Below are positions 9,724 to 21,124 of a stretch of 64,000 nucleotides of DNA, piece after piece. The stretch comes from Chamaesiphon sp. Lineage in GTDB: Bacteria; Cyanobacteriota; Cyanobacteriia; Cyanobacteriales; Chamaesiphonaceae. The stretch spans positions 197,803 to 261,802 of the forward strand of contig CBDFFH010000051.1 in NCBI GenBank assembly GCA_965246715.1, in the 5' to 3' direction. Under the pieces are notes generated by a model. That model ran no database searches and was not told where the DNA came from. It was given only the letters and a program-made list of their open reading frames with translations. Made by a program: the position numbers and the translations under genes. Every line of letters starts with the position of its first letter. Position 1 is the stretch's first letter.

Positions 9724-10293
9724 TTAATCTAATTGCTCGCTCGCTAGCATTTCCTGTTCCAAGAGCAGTATTCCCCGGGATCTTGCCATAATTCGTTTAG
9801 CAGGATTTCCCAGGTATACACTCCAAGGTTCTAGCTTACCTCTTACTACCGATAGTGCGCCAACAGATGTACCTTCACCTAGTTCGCTACCCGGAAGCAA
9901 GACAGAATTAGAGCCAACAACAGCATGTCTCCCCAGCCTTACTGGGATATGTTTTAGCCGCCTAAATCTATCCGGCACAGTAGGATTAGTCATTCCTTTG
10001 GTAAAATCATCGGTTGATGAGAAAACCGCAACTTTATTTGAAATACCGCTAAAATCTTCAAAATCGATCGGCGCTTGTCCGACAACACTAGCAAATGCTG
10101 AAATGTGGACATTCCGACCGATCCTAATGCCTCCTGTACCAGCAGATATGATACAAAAATCGTCTATTCTTACGTAATCGCCAAGATATATATTTTTAGT
10201 ATTGTAATAAGATCCTTTGGTCGACAATAGGACGTTTTTACCTACAGCACCAAATCCCATTTCTATTAATTCATTCTGCGTTAGCCAAGACAT
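9724..10293 (-). CDS. Hexapeptide-repeat (left-handed beta-helix) sugar O/N-acetyltransferase
   Basis: Hexapeptide repeats (VRIDDF, IGRNVHI, LGRHAVVG, LGEGTSVG) and C-terminal GNPAK. Confidence 0.88.
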   Translation of the reverse strand: MSWLTQNELIEMGFGAVGKNVLLSTKGSYYNTKNIYLGDYVRIDDFCIISAGTGGIRIGRNVHISAFASVVGQAPIDFEDFSGISNKVAVFSSTDDFTKGMTNPTVPDRFRRLKHIPVRLGRHAVVGSNSVLLPGSELGEGTSVGALSVVRGKLEPWSVYLGNPAKRIMARSRGILLLEQEMLASEQLD

Positions 10294-10314
10294 ATATAAC
10301 TGTATTAATTGATA

Positions 10315-10490
10315 TAACGTGAGTTCGGGATAAGAGGAGCCTGGAGACTTTAGTCTCGGCTCATGATAATTGTTCCGCCTACGCGGACTAATATATCATG
10401 AGCGCAGGCGGACTTTGTATCATGAGTACCGATTTTAATCCTTGTGAGGTAGTGGAACGGAGCAAATATCATTAAGCCGAACTCACGTTA
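10315..10490. repeat. Composite palindromic MITE/REP-like element (family A)
   Basis: Perfect TIR TAACGTGAGTTCGG...CCGAACTCACGTTA; interior similar to the copy at 4-231. Confidence 0.88.
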
Positions 10491-10755
10491 AATATGAGTC
10501 TGGTACATAGCCAATCCCACATCGATCGCAATACCATCCATTAACAAATTGCTCTAATGGAAGTGGCAAAAGTATCGAGCGATCGCACTCATCCACCGCT
10601 AAGTTATCCCTTCTGCGATAACCAGCACTATTATCTCGTTTAAAAGCTTCCGCTGGCGAATATTTTGCCAGCATTAAAAGTTTTAGTCTGATGCTTTCCT
10701 TCGATTTACATTGAGGACAACGTTCGCGACAAAGCTTATTTGGTTTCTTGCTCAT
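10483..10755 (-). CDS. Small hypothetical protein, putative Zn-binding (CxxC...CxxC)
   Basis: CPQC and WYCDRC motifs; follows the LON-domain gene; stop codon lies inside the repeat TIR; start uncertain (10755 or 10791). Confidence 0.6.
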   Translation of the reverse strand: MSKKPNKLCRERCPQCKSKESIRLKLLMLAKYSPAEAFKRDNSAGYRRRDNLAVDECDRSILLPLPLEQFVNGWYCDRCGIGYVPDSYLT

Positions 10756-10793
10756 CTGAGTTACTACTACCCACGCGACATCGAATTTCAAGT

Positions 10794-11432
10794 CTACGCC
10801 AAAGCATCCTTAAGCGCAGTTCTTGCGGCTAAATGATTGCGGGTAGAAGTGAGAATTTCTACTTCCCGTTCTAGTCGAGTCGTAGTATCTTGCATTTCTA
10901 ATAAAGCTTGTTGTTCCGCAGCTACGCCATAGAGATGGCTGGCAACCCAATAGGAAAGTTCGATCGGTAAACTGGGCAAACTTTCTGGTAATTCGATCGG
11001 TTGCTCTGTCAGCTTCCCTGACAAATGCACCACATCGCGCAATAACCCTTCTACATTGGTCGCTAGGGGACGCAAATCTTCTTCAGTAGGACGATCTTCA
11101 ATCCACTCCACCAACCCCACTCGATAGGGCTTCTCGCGGACGTATTCTAGGACGCGGAAGCGTTGCTGCCCCATTGTCAAAACTTTCATGCGATCGTCGG
11201 GCAACTTCTGGAAATGCACGATCTCCGCACAACAACCGATTTCAGCAGGTTGACCGCGAACGGGGTCCCACATGAGTACGCCAAATCTGCGATCGCTTTC
11301 CATGACGGTATTCATCATGATCCGATAGCGAAATTCAAAAATATGCAGCGGTAACGGACGACTTGGAAACAGCACCAGTTCGGGCAGCGGAAACAGGGGA
11401 ATTTCTCTCACGGCGATTGAAGAAGGTGCCAT
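10794..11432 (-). CDS. LON peptidase substrate-binding (Lon N-terminal) domain protein
   Basis: IPLFPLPELVLFP...LPLHIFEFRY motif; no AAA or protease domain. Confidence 0.92.
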   Translation of the reverse strand: MAPSSIAVREIPLFPLPELVLFPSRPLPLHIFEFRYRIMMNTVMESDRRFGVLMWDPVRGQPAEIGCCAEIVHFQKLPDDRMKVLTMGQQRFRVLEYVREKPYRVGLVEWIEDRPTEEDLRPLATNVEGLLRDVVHLSGKLTEQPIELPESLPSLPIELSYWVASHLYGVAAEQQALLEMQDTTTRLEREVEILTSTRNHLAARTALKDALA

Positions 11433-11435
11433 ATA

Positions 11436-11476
11436 AATTATGAATTATGAATTGTGAATTATGAATTATAATTCAT
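11436..11476. repeat. Heptamer tandem repeat (AATTATG)n, STRR-like
   Basis: aattatgaattatgaattgtgaattatgaattat; related units at ~11905, ~2850 and ~40915. Confidence 0.7.
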
Positions 11477-11545
11477 ATCTTTTGGTGGTGTCGCTCTACT
11501 CCCCCAGCCAAATGCCAGGGATAAGCAGAGCAAGTACTCTTCCAA

Positions 11546-11863
11546 TTATAGCTTCACTTCAATGTCTACACCTGCTGGTAGATCTAATTTCATCAGAGCG
11601 TCGATCGTTTTTGCAGACGGATCCTTGATGTCGATGATCCGGCGATGCGTCCGTGTTTCAAAGTGTTCGCGCGAATCTTTGTCAACGTGAGGCGAACGGA
11701 GAACACAATAAATCCTGCGACGAGTTGGCAAGGGAATCGGGCCGATTGCAGTTGCGCCAGTGCGATTGGCAGTTTCGACGATCTTATCGCAGGAGGTATC
11801 GAGGAGACGGCGATCGAATGCTTTCAAACGAATCCGAATCTTTTGCTGAGTTACAGTAGCCAT
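11546..11863 (-). CDS. rpsJ: 30S ribosomal protein S10
   Basis: [31 protein letters not shown]. Confidence 0.99.
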   Translation of the reverse strand: MATVTQQKIRIRLKAFDRRLLDTSCDKIVETANRTGATAIGPIPLPTRRRIYCVLRSPHVDKDSREHFETRTHRRIIDIKDPSAKTIDALMKLDLPAGVDIEVKL

Positions 11864-11996
11864 AATTATACTTTCAGGTTGTCAAGGTACGGTGGAAAAT
11901 CTGAGTTATGAATTATGAAATTCATGATTCTAACTCTTTATTGCTGGGCTTTGGATTATAGCAGTTTTCACACTGCGTTAGATTCCAGACAGACAA

Positions 11997-12028
11997 AGAT
12001 AGAGATGCACCGAAGTACATCTCTATCT
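11997..12028 (-). terminator. Hairpin (terminator or mRNA stabiliser) between tuf and rpsJ
   Basis: Minus strand AGATAGAGATGTAC-TTCG-GTGCATCTCTATCT followed by TTG; C(UUCG)G tetraloop. Confidence 0.65.
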
Positions 12029-12046
12029 ATTGTTTAGGTGATTAAC

Positions 12047-13276
12047 CTACTTAACGATTTTGGAAACGACACCCGCACCAATGGTACGACCGCCTTCACG
12101 GATTGCGAAGCGCATACCTTGTTCGATCGCTACTGGGTTGATCAGTTCTACAGTCATCTTGACGCGATCTCCAGGCATTACCATTTCAGCAGCACTACCG
12201 TCATCGGCAGTAAACGCTTGGATGTTGCCAGTTACGTCAGTCGTCCGGACGTAGAACTGAGGACGGTAGCCAGGGAAGAATGGAGTCTTCCGACCGCCTT
12301 CTTTGTCGGTGAGGACATATACTTCACCTTCAAAGATGGTGTGAGGTTTGATACTGCCAGGTTTAGCAATTACCATCCCGCGTTCGATGTCGGCTTTTTG
12401 GATACCGCGCATCAGTACGCCTACGTTATCACCAGCTAATCCTTCATCGAGGGATTTTTGGAACATTTCTACACCAGTAATAGTGGTGCTGCGAGTGTCT
12501 TTGATCCCAATGATTTCAACGTTTTCGCCAACTTTGACTTTCCCACGTTCGATCCGTCCGGTTGCAACTGTACCCCGACCAGTGATCGAGAATACGTCTT
12601 CAACAGCCATCAAGAAGGGTTTGTCGATTTCGCGTTCTGGAGTAGGGATATAGTCATCTACTGCTGCCATCAGGTCGTAGATTTTGTCTACCCACTCGTT
12701 TTCCCCTTGAATGGTTTTGGGGTTAGCCAGCATTTGCTCTACTGCTTTAACAGCAGATCCAGAAACGACGGGAATGTTGTCGCCATCGAAGTCGTAGGAA
12801 GAGAGCAATTCGCGAATTTCTAATTCGACTAGTTCGAGTAACTCTTCGTCATCTACTAAGTCGGTTTTGTTCATGAACACAACCAGACGCGGTACACCAA
12901 CTTGTTTTGCCAAGAGGATGTGTTCGCGAGTCTGTGGCATGGGGCCATCGGCTGCGGATACGACCAAGATACCGCCGTCCATTTGTGCCGCACCCGTGAT
13001 CATGTTTTTCACATAGTCAGCGTGTCCGGGACAGTCTACGTGTGCGTAGTGGCGAGTTACGGTTTCGTATTCTACGTGAGCGGTGTTGATGGTGATCCCA
13101 CGCGCTTTTTCTTCAGGAGCAGCATCGATCTCGTCATACTTCCGCGATTTTGCCGCACCGATTGCCGCGAGCGACATGGTGATTGCAGCAGTCAGTGTCG
13201 TTTTACCGTGGTCTACGTGACCAACGGTACCGATGTTAACGTGGGGCTTATTTCTTTCAAACTTAGCGCGTGCCAT
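12047..13276 (-). CDS. tuf: Elongation factor Tu
   Basis: [19 protein letters not shown] and NKTD motifs. Confidence 0.99.
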   Translation of the reverse strand: MARAKFERNKPHVNIGTVGHVDHGKTTLTAAITMSLAAIGAAKSRKYDEIDAAPEEKARGITINTAHVEYETVTRHYAHVDCPGHADYVKNMITGAAQMDGGILVVSAADGPMPQTREHILLAKQVGVPRLVVFMNKTDLVDDEELLELVELEIRELLSSYDFDGDNIPVVSGSAVKAVEQMLANPKTIQGENEWVDKIYDLMAAVDDYIPTPEREIDKPFLMAVEDVFSITGRGTVATGRIERGKVKVGENVEIIGIKDTRSTTITGVEMFQKSLDEGLAGDNVGVLMRGIQKADIERGMVIAKPGSIKPHTIFEGEVYVLTDKEGGRKTPFFPGYRPQFYVRTTDVTGNIQAFTADDGSAAEMVMPGDRVKMTVELINPVAIEQGMRFAIREGGRTIGAGVVSKIVK

Positions 13277-13377
13277 GTATCTTTATTCCTTTATTCCTCT
13301 GTAAATTTTAACTGGATTGTTGCCCGTTAGTGACTATTTTTGTAAATTTAATAACCACTAACTAGCAATGCACCAAT

Positions 13378-15456
13378 TTATCTCCCTCTGTTTTTGGTCA
13401 CGATCGCTTCTGCGACGTTCCGGGGGACTTCATCGTAATGGCTGAATTCCATCGAGAAGATCCCGCGACCTTGGGTATTGGAGCGGATGTTGGTTGCATA
13501 ACCAAACATTTCCCCTAGAGGAACTTTGGCTGCAACTTTAGCGAGGTTCGCTGCCGCTTCTTGACCTTCGATCTGACCCCGACGGGAGTTGAGATCGCCG
13601 ATGACGTTACCCAAGAAATTATCGGGAACTTCAACTTCGACCTTCATCACTGGCTCTAGCAGGGTGGGTTGAGCTTTCATGACACCATCTTTGACTGCGA
13701 TCGAAGCCGCAATCTTAAAGGCCATTTCATTCGAGTCAACTTCATGGTAGGAACCATCGATGAGAGTGACTTTGAGGTCGATCATCGGATACCCAGCCAG
13801 CACGCCAGATTCGCAGGTCTCTTTGACACCTTGCTCGATCGGGTTGATGTACTGTTTGGGTACCGAACCACCAACGATTTTGGAGACGAACTCTAGTCCG
13901 CTACCGGGTTCCCCAGGGGCGATCTCGATCACGACGTGACCGTAGTTACCGCTACCACCACTTTGTTTAATGTACTTACCTTCTTGTTTGACACTCTTGC
14001 GAATGGTTTCACGGTAAGCCACTTGAGGGGCACCAACGTTAGCTTGGACATTAAATTCCCGTAACATCCGATCGACCAGAATTTCAAGGTGAAGTTCCCC
14101 CATCCCCGCAATTACGGTCTGGTTGGTCTCTGGGTCGGTGTTAACGCGGAAGGTCGGATCCTCCTGCGATAGGGAAATGAGCGCTTTGGAGAGCTTCTCC
14201 ATGTCCTCTTTGGTCTTGGGTTCGACCGCGAGGGAGATGACTGGCTCAGGGATGAACAGTGATTCGAGAATTACTGCATTTTCCTCATCGCACAAAGTAT
14301 CACCGGTAAAGGTGTCCTTGAGTCCGAGCACCGCGCCGAGATCGCCTGCACGGAGTTCGTCAACCTCTTGGCGTTCGTCGGCTTTCAGGATAATCAAGCG
14401 CGAAATTCGCTCTTTCTTACCTTTGGTTGGGTTGAGCACATAAGTTCCAGTTTTGACAACTCCAGAATAGACGCGGATGAAGGTCAGACGACCATATTTG
14501 TCCGCCATAATCTTGAACGCCAGTGCTGCAAATGGCTCATTATCATCTGCGTGACGTTCGATTTCGACAGTCTCATCATCGGCTGATTTCCCTTTAATCG
14601 CGGGTACTTCAGTCGGACATGGTAGATAGTCGATTACCGCATCGAGCAGAGATTGAACGCCTTTGTTCTTAAATGCCGAACCGCAGAACATTGGCACGAT
14701 CGCGCCGGAGATCGTACCTTTGCGCACTGCAAGCTTAATCTCTGCTTGAGAGATTTCTTGGCCTTCGAGATATTTCTCGGTCAATTCATCGGAAGTGTCA
14801 GCGACAGATTCGAGTAGTTTAACCCGAAACTCGTCGGCTTTCACTTGGAGGTCGGCGGGAATATCGCGTTCTTCGATGTCTTTACCCATATCATCGAGAG
14901 CGTAAAACGCCCGCATGGTCACAAGGTCGATGACTCCAGCAAAGTCGCCTTCCGCACCGATCGGAATTTGCAGCGGTACTGCATTGCAGCGCATTCGATC
15001 GACGATTTGTTCGTAAACTTTGAAGAAATTCGCACCAGTCCGATCCATCTTATTCACAAAGACGATCCGAGGTACCTTGTAGCGATCGGCTTGCCGCCAT
15101 ACCGTCTCCGATTGAGGCTGAACACCACCAACGGAGCAAAATACAGCGATTACACCATCTAATACCCGCATCGAGCGTTCGACTTCGATCGTAAAGTCTA
15201 CGTGACCGGGAGTATCGATGATATTGATCTTATGATCTTTCCAAGTCGTGCTGATTGCGGCTGCGGTAATGGTGATACCACGTTCTTGTTCCTGTACCAT
15301 CCAGTCGGTGGTAGCAGTCCCTTCGTGGACTTCGCCGATTTTATGGACAACCCCAGAATAATATAAAATTCTCTCGGTAGTGGTTGTCTTACCCGCATCG
15401 ATGTGGGCTGCAATCCCGATGTTGCGTATTCTTTCAAACGGGACGGTACGTGGCAC
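13378..15456 (-). CDS. fusA: Elongation factor G
   Basis: [26 protein letters not shown]; position in the str operon. Confidence 0.99.
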   Translation of the reverse strand: MPRTVPFERIRNIGIAAHIDAGKTTTTERILYYSGVVHKIGEVHEGTATTDWMVQEQERGITITAAAISTTWKDHKINIIDTPGHVDFTIEVERSMRVLDGVIAVFCSVGGVQPQSETVWRQADRYKVPRIVFVNKMDRTGANFFKVYEQIVDRMRCNAVPLQIPIGAEGDFAGVIDLVTMRAFYALDDMGKDIEERDIPADLQVKADEFRVKLLESVADTSDELTEKYLEGQEISQAEIKLAVRKGTISGAIVPMFCGSAFKNKGVQSLLDAVIDYLPCPTEVPAIKGKSADDETVEIERHADDNEPFAALAFKIMADKYGRLTFIRVYSGVVKTGTYVLNPTKGKKERISRLIILKADERQEVDELRAGDLGAVLGLKDTFTGDTLCDEENAVILESLFIPEPVISLAVEPKTKEDMEKLSKALISLSQEDPTFRVNTDPETNQTVIAGMGELHLEILVDRMLREFNVQANVGAPQVAYRETIRKSVKQEGKYIKQSGGSGNYGHVVIEIAPGEPGSGLEFVSKIVGGSVPKQYINPIEQGVKETCESGVLAGYPMIDLKVTLIDGSYHEVDSNEMAFKIAASIAVKDGVMKAQPTLLEPVMKVEVEVPDNFLGNVIGDLNSRRGQIEGQEAAANLAKVAAKVPLGEMFGYATNIRSNTQGRGIFSMEFSHYDEVPRNVAEAIVTKNRGR

Positions 15457-15602
15457 AATTACCTCCTTACTGGTCGGCTGCCGCTAATAAAATTGGTTAA
15501 TCTTTACTAAGATTGTATACTTTTTTTGGTGTGGGTTGGATAACTACAGGCGTGCGGATGACTGCACTTGCCCGAGCTTCGGTCGTTGCAACTAGCGAAA
15601 AC

Positions 15603-16073
15603 CTAGTAGCGGTAGTGAGCGAAAGCTTTATTCGCTTCGGCCATCCGGTGGGTTTCTTCGCGTTTCCGAATCGCGCTACCCGTCTCATTCGCTGCATCCA
15701 TTAGCTCGTTAGCCAACTTGCCTGCCATCGTTTTGCCCGCACGTGCCCGAGAATAGTTGATCAACCAGCGCATCGCTAGCGCTGTGCCACGATCGGCTTT
15801 TACTTCCATTGGTACTTGGTAAGTAGCACCACCAACCCGTCGACCTTTAACTTCGACTAGGGGAGTGGTATTTTTGACCGCTTTTTCAAAGGTTTCGAGC
15901 GGATCGTTACCCGTACGCTCTTCGATGGTTTTCATCGCGTCGTAGATAATCTTGTAGGCGATCGATTTTTTACCACTGCGCATAATGCGGCGCACCATCA
16001 TGTTGACGAGGCGACTGTTGTAAACAGCATCTGGTGGTACTGGGCGTTTGGGAACTGTAGTTCGACGTGACAT
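15603..16073 (-). CDS. rpsG: 30S ribosomal protein S7 (true start MSRR at 16073, 156 aa)
   Basis: [26 protein letters not shown]. Confidence 0.98.
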   Translation of the reverse strand: MSRRTTVPKRPVPPDAVYNSRLVNMMVRRIMRSGKKSIAYKIIYDAMKTIEERTGNDPLETFEKAVKNTTPLVEVKGRRVGGATYQVPMEVKADRGTALAMRWLINYSRARAGKTMAGKLANELMDAANETGSAIRKREETHRMAEANKAFAHYRY

Positions 16074-16482
16074 AACTCGAAAAAATATTGAAGGGTAATT
16101 ACTCAGCGATCGAGTCCGGTACGAGCGACCGTACTCTATTCGCTGATTTCTAGTGACTATTTCACTGAATCTATCTGCTGGCTCGCAGACTAAAATTGGC
16201 GATCTTTGGAGTTGTGGCTGGGTCACCTCAAGGGTTGCGATCCAACCGAGTGCAACGAAACTTCAAAAATACTAATTTAGCTTTGCTCTTGGCAAATAAC
16301 TAGATTCAGTGCCTCGATGCTATTAGTGTTTTCACTAACAGCTCGATAACCGGATATAACCACAGTAGACACCCTCAGCATGGGAGCCTACGACGCGACT
16401 AGGGATAGGTTCGTAAGCTTACAGATATCACAAATGCACTATCAATCTAAATTAATAGGCCAGTGGCAACCCGCAATAAATG

Positions 16483-16866
16483 TTAAGCCTTAGGAGCTTT
16501 AGGCCGTTTGGTTCCATATTTGGAACGACCTTGCTTGCGATCCTTGACTCCAGCCGTGTCGAGTGTGCCACGGATGATGTGGTATCTGACTCCAGGTAAG
16601 TCTTTGACCCGACCGCCGCGAATCATTACAACAGAGTGTTCTTGGAGGTTGTGACCGATTCCAGGAATGTATGCTGTAACTTCAAATCCAGAGGTCAACC
16701 GTACCCGTGCTACTTTACGTAGGGCGGAGTTAGGTTTTTTAGGTGTAGTTGTGTAGACGCGTGTGCATACGCCACGTCGTTGAGGACATTCCTTCAACGC
16801 AGGTGACTTGGTTTTGACTTTATAGTCTACGCGAGCTTTCCGAATTAACTGTTGGATGGTTGGCAT
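16483..16866 (-). CDS. rpsL: 30S ribosomal protein S12
   Basis: [28 protein letters not shown]. Confidence 0.99.
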   Translation of the reverse strand: MPTIQQLIRKARVDYKVKTKSPALKECPQRRGVCTRVYTTTPKKPNSALRKVARVRLTSGFEVTAYIPGIGHNLQEHSVVMIRGGRVKDLPGVRYHIIRGTLDTAGVKDRKQGRSKYGTKRPKAPKA

Positions 16867-16918
16867 GGGTTAGAAAATTGTACAGTTACCTAGCGGTTCC
16901 AACTGTTGACAAATTACC

Positions 16919-16948
16919 ATTCTATAATAGTGTATGCAAGTGTGTCAA
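16919..16948 (-). promoter_or_regulatory. Sigma70-type promoter of the rpsL operon
   Basis: Minus strand TTGACA-N18-TAGAAT, about 50 nt upstream of rpsL. Confidence 0.65.
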
Positions 16949-17529
16949 TCAAATATTTGTTGACAGTCGCGATCGAAATTGTGGCCGAGCCAAAAATTCA
17001 ACTGTTTCGATCGTGACTGCCACTTGGCGGCGTTGGCGATCTGAGTGCTTTTCTGAAAATCGAGATTGCAGTTGTCATAGCATTTGCAACACACATGTAA
17101 TATCAGTCTTGGATTCGAGCGATCGACATAAAGCTATTCCTTAGCTAGTTTGACTCTCAAATTTTCACATCACATTAACTTTTATCTCACTCAAATGAGA
17201 GCAAATCAACCGATCGATTCAGGTCGTTAAGGGAATTTACTGAGGAGATCGAGAGTTACAGCCTGAGATAATTCTCTTGGTCTAATTTTTGGCTGATTTT
17301 CGTAACAAAAGTTCTAGAAAAATGTAGATCCACTCCTAGTTGTCGATAATTAAGAAATATCACCAACACGAACTTTAGCACAGTCAAAAGCGTAATAAAT
17401 AAGTAGCGATAACGACGATTGCAATCGATCGCTATAACCAATTCAAACTGCTGTGAAAGCGGTTCTGATTGGGAGCGATTGCTAAGATCGATCGGGATCG
17501 ATACTCGATCTATTGCGGTGGCAGTGGTG

Positions 17530-18315
17530 ATGAAAACTAGCACATTACTGAGAATGTATGAGGCTGGAGAGCGAGACTTTGCTGGTGTAGATTTAGCTGG
17601 TGCTGACTTACAAGGCGTAGCTTTAATTGAAGTGAATTTACGTGGTGCCAATCTCACTGGCGCAAATTTAAGTCGGGCATTTCTAACGCGATCCGATCTG
17701 AGTTGTACGAAGTTAAACTGGGCAAATCTCAGTTTTGTAAAGATGAGTGAAGGTAATCTTAGTGGGGCAGATTTATCTAAAGGCAATTTGCAAGGTGCCT
17801 TTCTCGTCAAATCGGCATTACTGGTAGCGCGAATGAGTGCGGCTAATCTCACTGGAGCCAATCTCCGAGGTGCTAATCTTGCTGGGGCAAATTTGTGTGG
17901 TGCCAATCTCTATCGAGTTAATTTACGCGATGCCAATTTAGTGGGCGCAAATTTCAACTGGGCAAATGTTTTGGAGGGCAGGTTGAGCGGAGCAAATCTA
18001 CAAGATACGTCCCTGCAAGGAGTGAATTTAAGTCGGGCGTTTTTAACAGATTCCAATTTAGAAAATGGTGAATTAGATAGTGTCAATCTCCGCGAAGCTC
18101 GACTCACTGGAGCAAATTTGGCTAATGCCAATCTGACTGGAGCTAATCTTACCGCCGCACAATTACGGTATGCCAATCTTCAGGGGGCAGACTTGACTGG
18201 AGCTAAACTGAACAAAGCCAACTTGATGGGTGCCAATCTCGCCCGAACGATTCTCGATCGCGTCGATTTTACCGATGCAAATTTGGAGCGAACCAGTCTC
18301 AATTGGGCATATTAA
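17530..18315 (+). CDS. Pentapeptide repeat protein (start re-assigned to MKTSTLL)
   Basis: YEAGERDF N-cap followed by ~48 A(D/N)LxG-type pentapeptide units. Confidence 0.93.
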   Translation: MKTSTLLRMYEAGERDFAGVDLAGADLQGVALIEVNLRGANLTGANLSRAFLTRSDLSCTKLNWANLSFVKMSEGNLSGADLSKGNLQGAFLVKSALLVARMSAANLTGANLRGANLAGANLCGANLYRVNLRDANLVGANFNWANVLEGRLSGANLQDTSLQGVNLSRAFLTDSNLENGELDSVNLREARLTGANLANANLTGANLTAAQLRYANLQGADLTGAKLNKANLMGANLARTILDRVDFTDANLERTSLNWAY

Positions 18316-18633
18316 GAGAAGACAACCAGCGAGATCGATCTCTAAATCTCTTCGTACTTCTGACATTAATTATCGGTTTGTAGCTGAGTGCGAATCGCTG
18401 TAACCGATCGCCTGAGTCAATCGTGCTAGTTGCCGCCGCAATTGCCATGACTATTGGCGATCGGTAAGTTGCTTTGGCAAAAATACCGGAGCGTCGAGCG
18501 CCAAAAACCTTACGTCAACAAGTATCGATCGTTTACAATTGGCGATCCCCCACTAGCCTTTGCAGAACATTGCTGTCATCCTATATATATGTGGTTGAGA
18601 ATGCAATTTACCTCCAGGATCTAATTATCACAA

Positions 18634-20133
18634 ATGACTACAACAGGAAATACGACAACAATCGCCCTATTAATCCTCTCGCTGGGTATTCTGGCATGGG
18701 GTTACTATCGGAATCGAGACTTGGGTAAATTTGGCATCCTGTCGTGGTTGCAATCAGTCGTACTGATGGTACCGTGGCTGTTGTGCTTTGGTGCCTTATC
18801 GGTAGGTTTGCATATTAATCTAGTTGGCATTCTGCTGTTGTTGGTGACATCTACGAGTGTTTATATCTGGCTGGGAACTCAAGTTCGGCTGGCTGCTAAA
18901 GATCCGGAAGTAGCTGCAAAGATTGTTGAAAATAGGCTGAAATCCCAAGCCGAGCGGCTGCCCAGAGCTGGTGAAACGAACGCACAAGCCCTAGCGCTGG
19001 CGATGAATGTGCTCCAGATCCCCGATGAGGATTTAAGCAACATCAAGAACATTTTTGGCATCGATACATTTTACGCCACCGAGACTATTCCCTATCAACA
19101 GGGGGCGATCTTTAAAGGTAATTTGCGCGGCGAAGCAGAAGCCGTCCATCATCGGCTAACTGATAAATTACACGATCGAGTGGGCGATCGGTATCGTCTC
19201 TTCTTAATTCCAGACCCGGAAAATCGCCCCGTTGTCATCGTCCTCCCGAGTAGTAACGATCCGCAGCCAGCAACAGTCGCACAGCAGGTGCTCGCTGCGG
19301 TAATGCTTGTTGCAACGATCGCGACTAGTCTAGAGACAATGGGCGTATTTCTCGGATTTGATTTTTACGAGCATACGGAACGGATTAAGGAAGTTTTACC
19401 CTTAGCACTGGGATTGTGGACGACGCTGATCGCCCATGAAGCCGGACACCAGATCGTTGCGAAAATGCGTCAGGTCAAAATCGGCCTACCCTTCTTTTTA
19501 CCGACCGGACAAATCGGTTCGTTTGGTGCGATTACTCGGTTTGAGTCTTTAGTGCCCAATCGCAGCATGTTATTTGACATTGCTTTCGCCGGGCCTGCCA
19601 TTGGGGGAGCGGTAGCGTTTGCATTATTAGTCTGTGGCTTACTACTGTCTCATCCCGGTAGTGGCCTCGAAATTCCCTCCAAATTTTTGCAAGGTTCGAT
19701 TTTAGTCGGTTCGATCGCTAAAATTGTATTAGGCGTAGCAGTAAATCAACCCGCGATCTCGATTCATCCCTTAGTGTTGATTGGCTGGTTGGGGCTGGTA
19801 ATTAATGCGCTTAATTTGATGCCAGCAGGACAGTTAGATGGCGGGAGAATCGTGCAAGCTATTTACGGCAGAAAAACAGCTCAGCGATCGACGCTAGTAA
19901 CGCTCGTAATTCTGGGATTTATTGCCTTTTTCAACCCTGCTAATCTGGTAATTCTCTATTGGTTGGTGTTAGTTGGGTTCCTGCAACGAGCGCTGGAACG
20001 CCCTAGTTTAGATGAAATTACCGAACCGAATGATGCTCGGGCCGCATTAGGATTACTCGCACTATTTCTGATGGCGGCGACAGTAATTCCCTTTAGTCCA
20101 GATTTGGCAGGAAGATTGGGAATTGGGGGGTAG
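18634..20133 (+). CDS. Site-2 protease, M50 family (EGY-like membrane metalloprotease)
   Basis: HEAGH, AGP and NLMPAGQLDGG motifs; multiple TM helices. Confidence 0.93.
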   Translation: MTTTGNTTTIALLILSLGILAWGYYRNRDLGKFGILSWLQSVVLMVPWLLCFGALSVGLHINLVGILLLLVTSTSVYIWLGTQVRLAAKDPEVAAKIVENRLKSQAERLPRAGETNAQALALAMNVLQIPDEDLSNIKNIFGIDTFYATETIPYQQGAIFKGNLRGEAEAVHHRLTDKLHDRVGDRYRLFLIPDPENRPVVIVLPSSNDPQPATVAQQVLAAVMLVATIATSLETMGVFLGFDFYEHTERIKEVLPLALGLWTTLIAHEAGHQIVAKMRQVKIGLPFFLPTGQIGSFGAITRFESLVPNRSMLFDIAFAGPAIGGAVAFALLVCGLLLSHPGSGLEIPSKFLQGSILVGSIAKIVLGVAVNQPAISIHPLVLIGWLGLVINALNLMPAGQLDGGRIVQAIYGRKTAQRSTLVTLVILGFIAFFNPANLVILYWLVLVGFLQRALERPSLDEITEPNDARAALGLLALFLMAATVIPFSPDLAGRLGIGG

Positions 20134-20200
20134 AGAGTAACCAGTGTAGAACTCACTCGATCGAGTAATTAGGCATAATCAATCGTAACTAATAAAAAAT

Positions 20201-21115
20201 ATGGACGGATTTGGATTTTTAATTGCAGCAGTAATTGCGGCGGCGACTGTCAAGTCGGGGATTAGAGTCGATCGAGAGTACGAGCGGGGCGTGATTTTCC
20301 GGCTAGGAAGATTTCAAAAAATTCAAGGGCCAGGATTGTACTTTACTGTGCCGATACTCGATCAACGAAACCAAGTCGATATTCGGACGAAAACTGTCGA
20401 TATCGCTCCGCAAGAGGCGGTGACAGCCGATAGCGTAACGATTAAAATTAACGCCGTGCTCTACTATCGAATCATCGATCCGATGAAGGCGATCAATAAA
20501 GTTGAAAACTATCAGATGGCAGTATATCAGGCTGCGATGACCACGCTCCGCAATATCGTCGGGCAACATAATCTCGATGATATGTTGAAAAGTCGCGATA
20601 AAATCAATGCCAAAATTCAAGAAATCGTCGATGAAATCACCGAGCCGTGGGGTGTGGAAATCGAGCGGGTCGAACTCAAAGATGTCGAAATCCCGATTTC
20701 GATGCAGCGCGTGATGGCCATGGAAGCAGAAGCCGTGCGCGAGAAACGGGCGCGCCTGATTAAAGCAGAAGCGGAGCAAGAGGCTTCTAATCTACTCGGG
20801 CAAGCCGCTCAAGAGATGATGAAGAATCCGGCAGCACTAGAATTGCGACGGTTGCAGATGCTCACTGAAATCGGTGCGGAAAATAACAGTTCCACATTTG
20901 TGATGATTCCGTCAGATATTCTGAGTTTAGCGAAAGAATGGTCGATCGCAGCGCAAAATGGTAATGCCGCCCATCAGGTCGATCTTGCCAAAATCGCTCT
21001 AGCTAAACAAGCCGAACAACTCAATTCAGCCACTCCACAGGATCGACTCAACTTACCAGTCCAGGGAGAGGATGCGTTACCTGCAATCCTGCCCGAACAT
21101 AGACTCCCAGAGTAA
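20201..21115 (+). CDS. SPFH/Band-7 stomatin-like (slipin) protein
   Basis: EYERGVIFRLGR, TTLRNIVG, WGVEIERVELKD, AEAVRE. Confidence 0.93.
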   Translation: MDGFGFLIAAVIAAATVKSGIRVDREYERGVIFRLGRFQKIQGPGLYFTVPILDQRNQVDIRTKTVDIAPQEAVTADSVTIKINAVLYYRIIDPMKAINKVENYQMAVYQAAMTTLRNIVGQHNLDDMLKSRDKINAKIQEIVDEITEPWGVEIERVELKDVEIPISMQRVMAMEAEAVREKRARLIKAEAEQEASNLLGQAAQEMMKNPAALELRRLQMLTEIGAENNSSTFVMIPSDILSLAKEWSIAAQNGNAAHQVDLAKIALAKQAEQLNSATPQDRLNLPVQGEDALPAILPEHRLPE

Positions 21116-21124
21116 ATAGTTAGA

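Noticed and set aside
16074..16226. 51-aa N-terminal extension of S7 in the ORF track
   Set aside because: The canonical S7 start MSRR is at 16073; the extension is an open frame in the spacer.
17256..17906. 216-aa antisense ORF and similar shadow ORFs (e.g. 12038..12439, 20303..20779, 52332..52853)
   Set aside because: They overlap well-supported genes on the opposite strand and are explained by codon or repeat periodicity.
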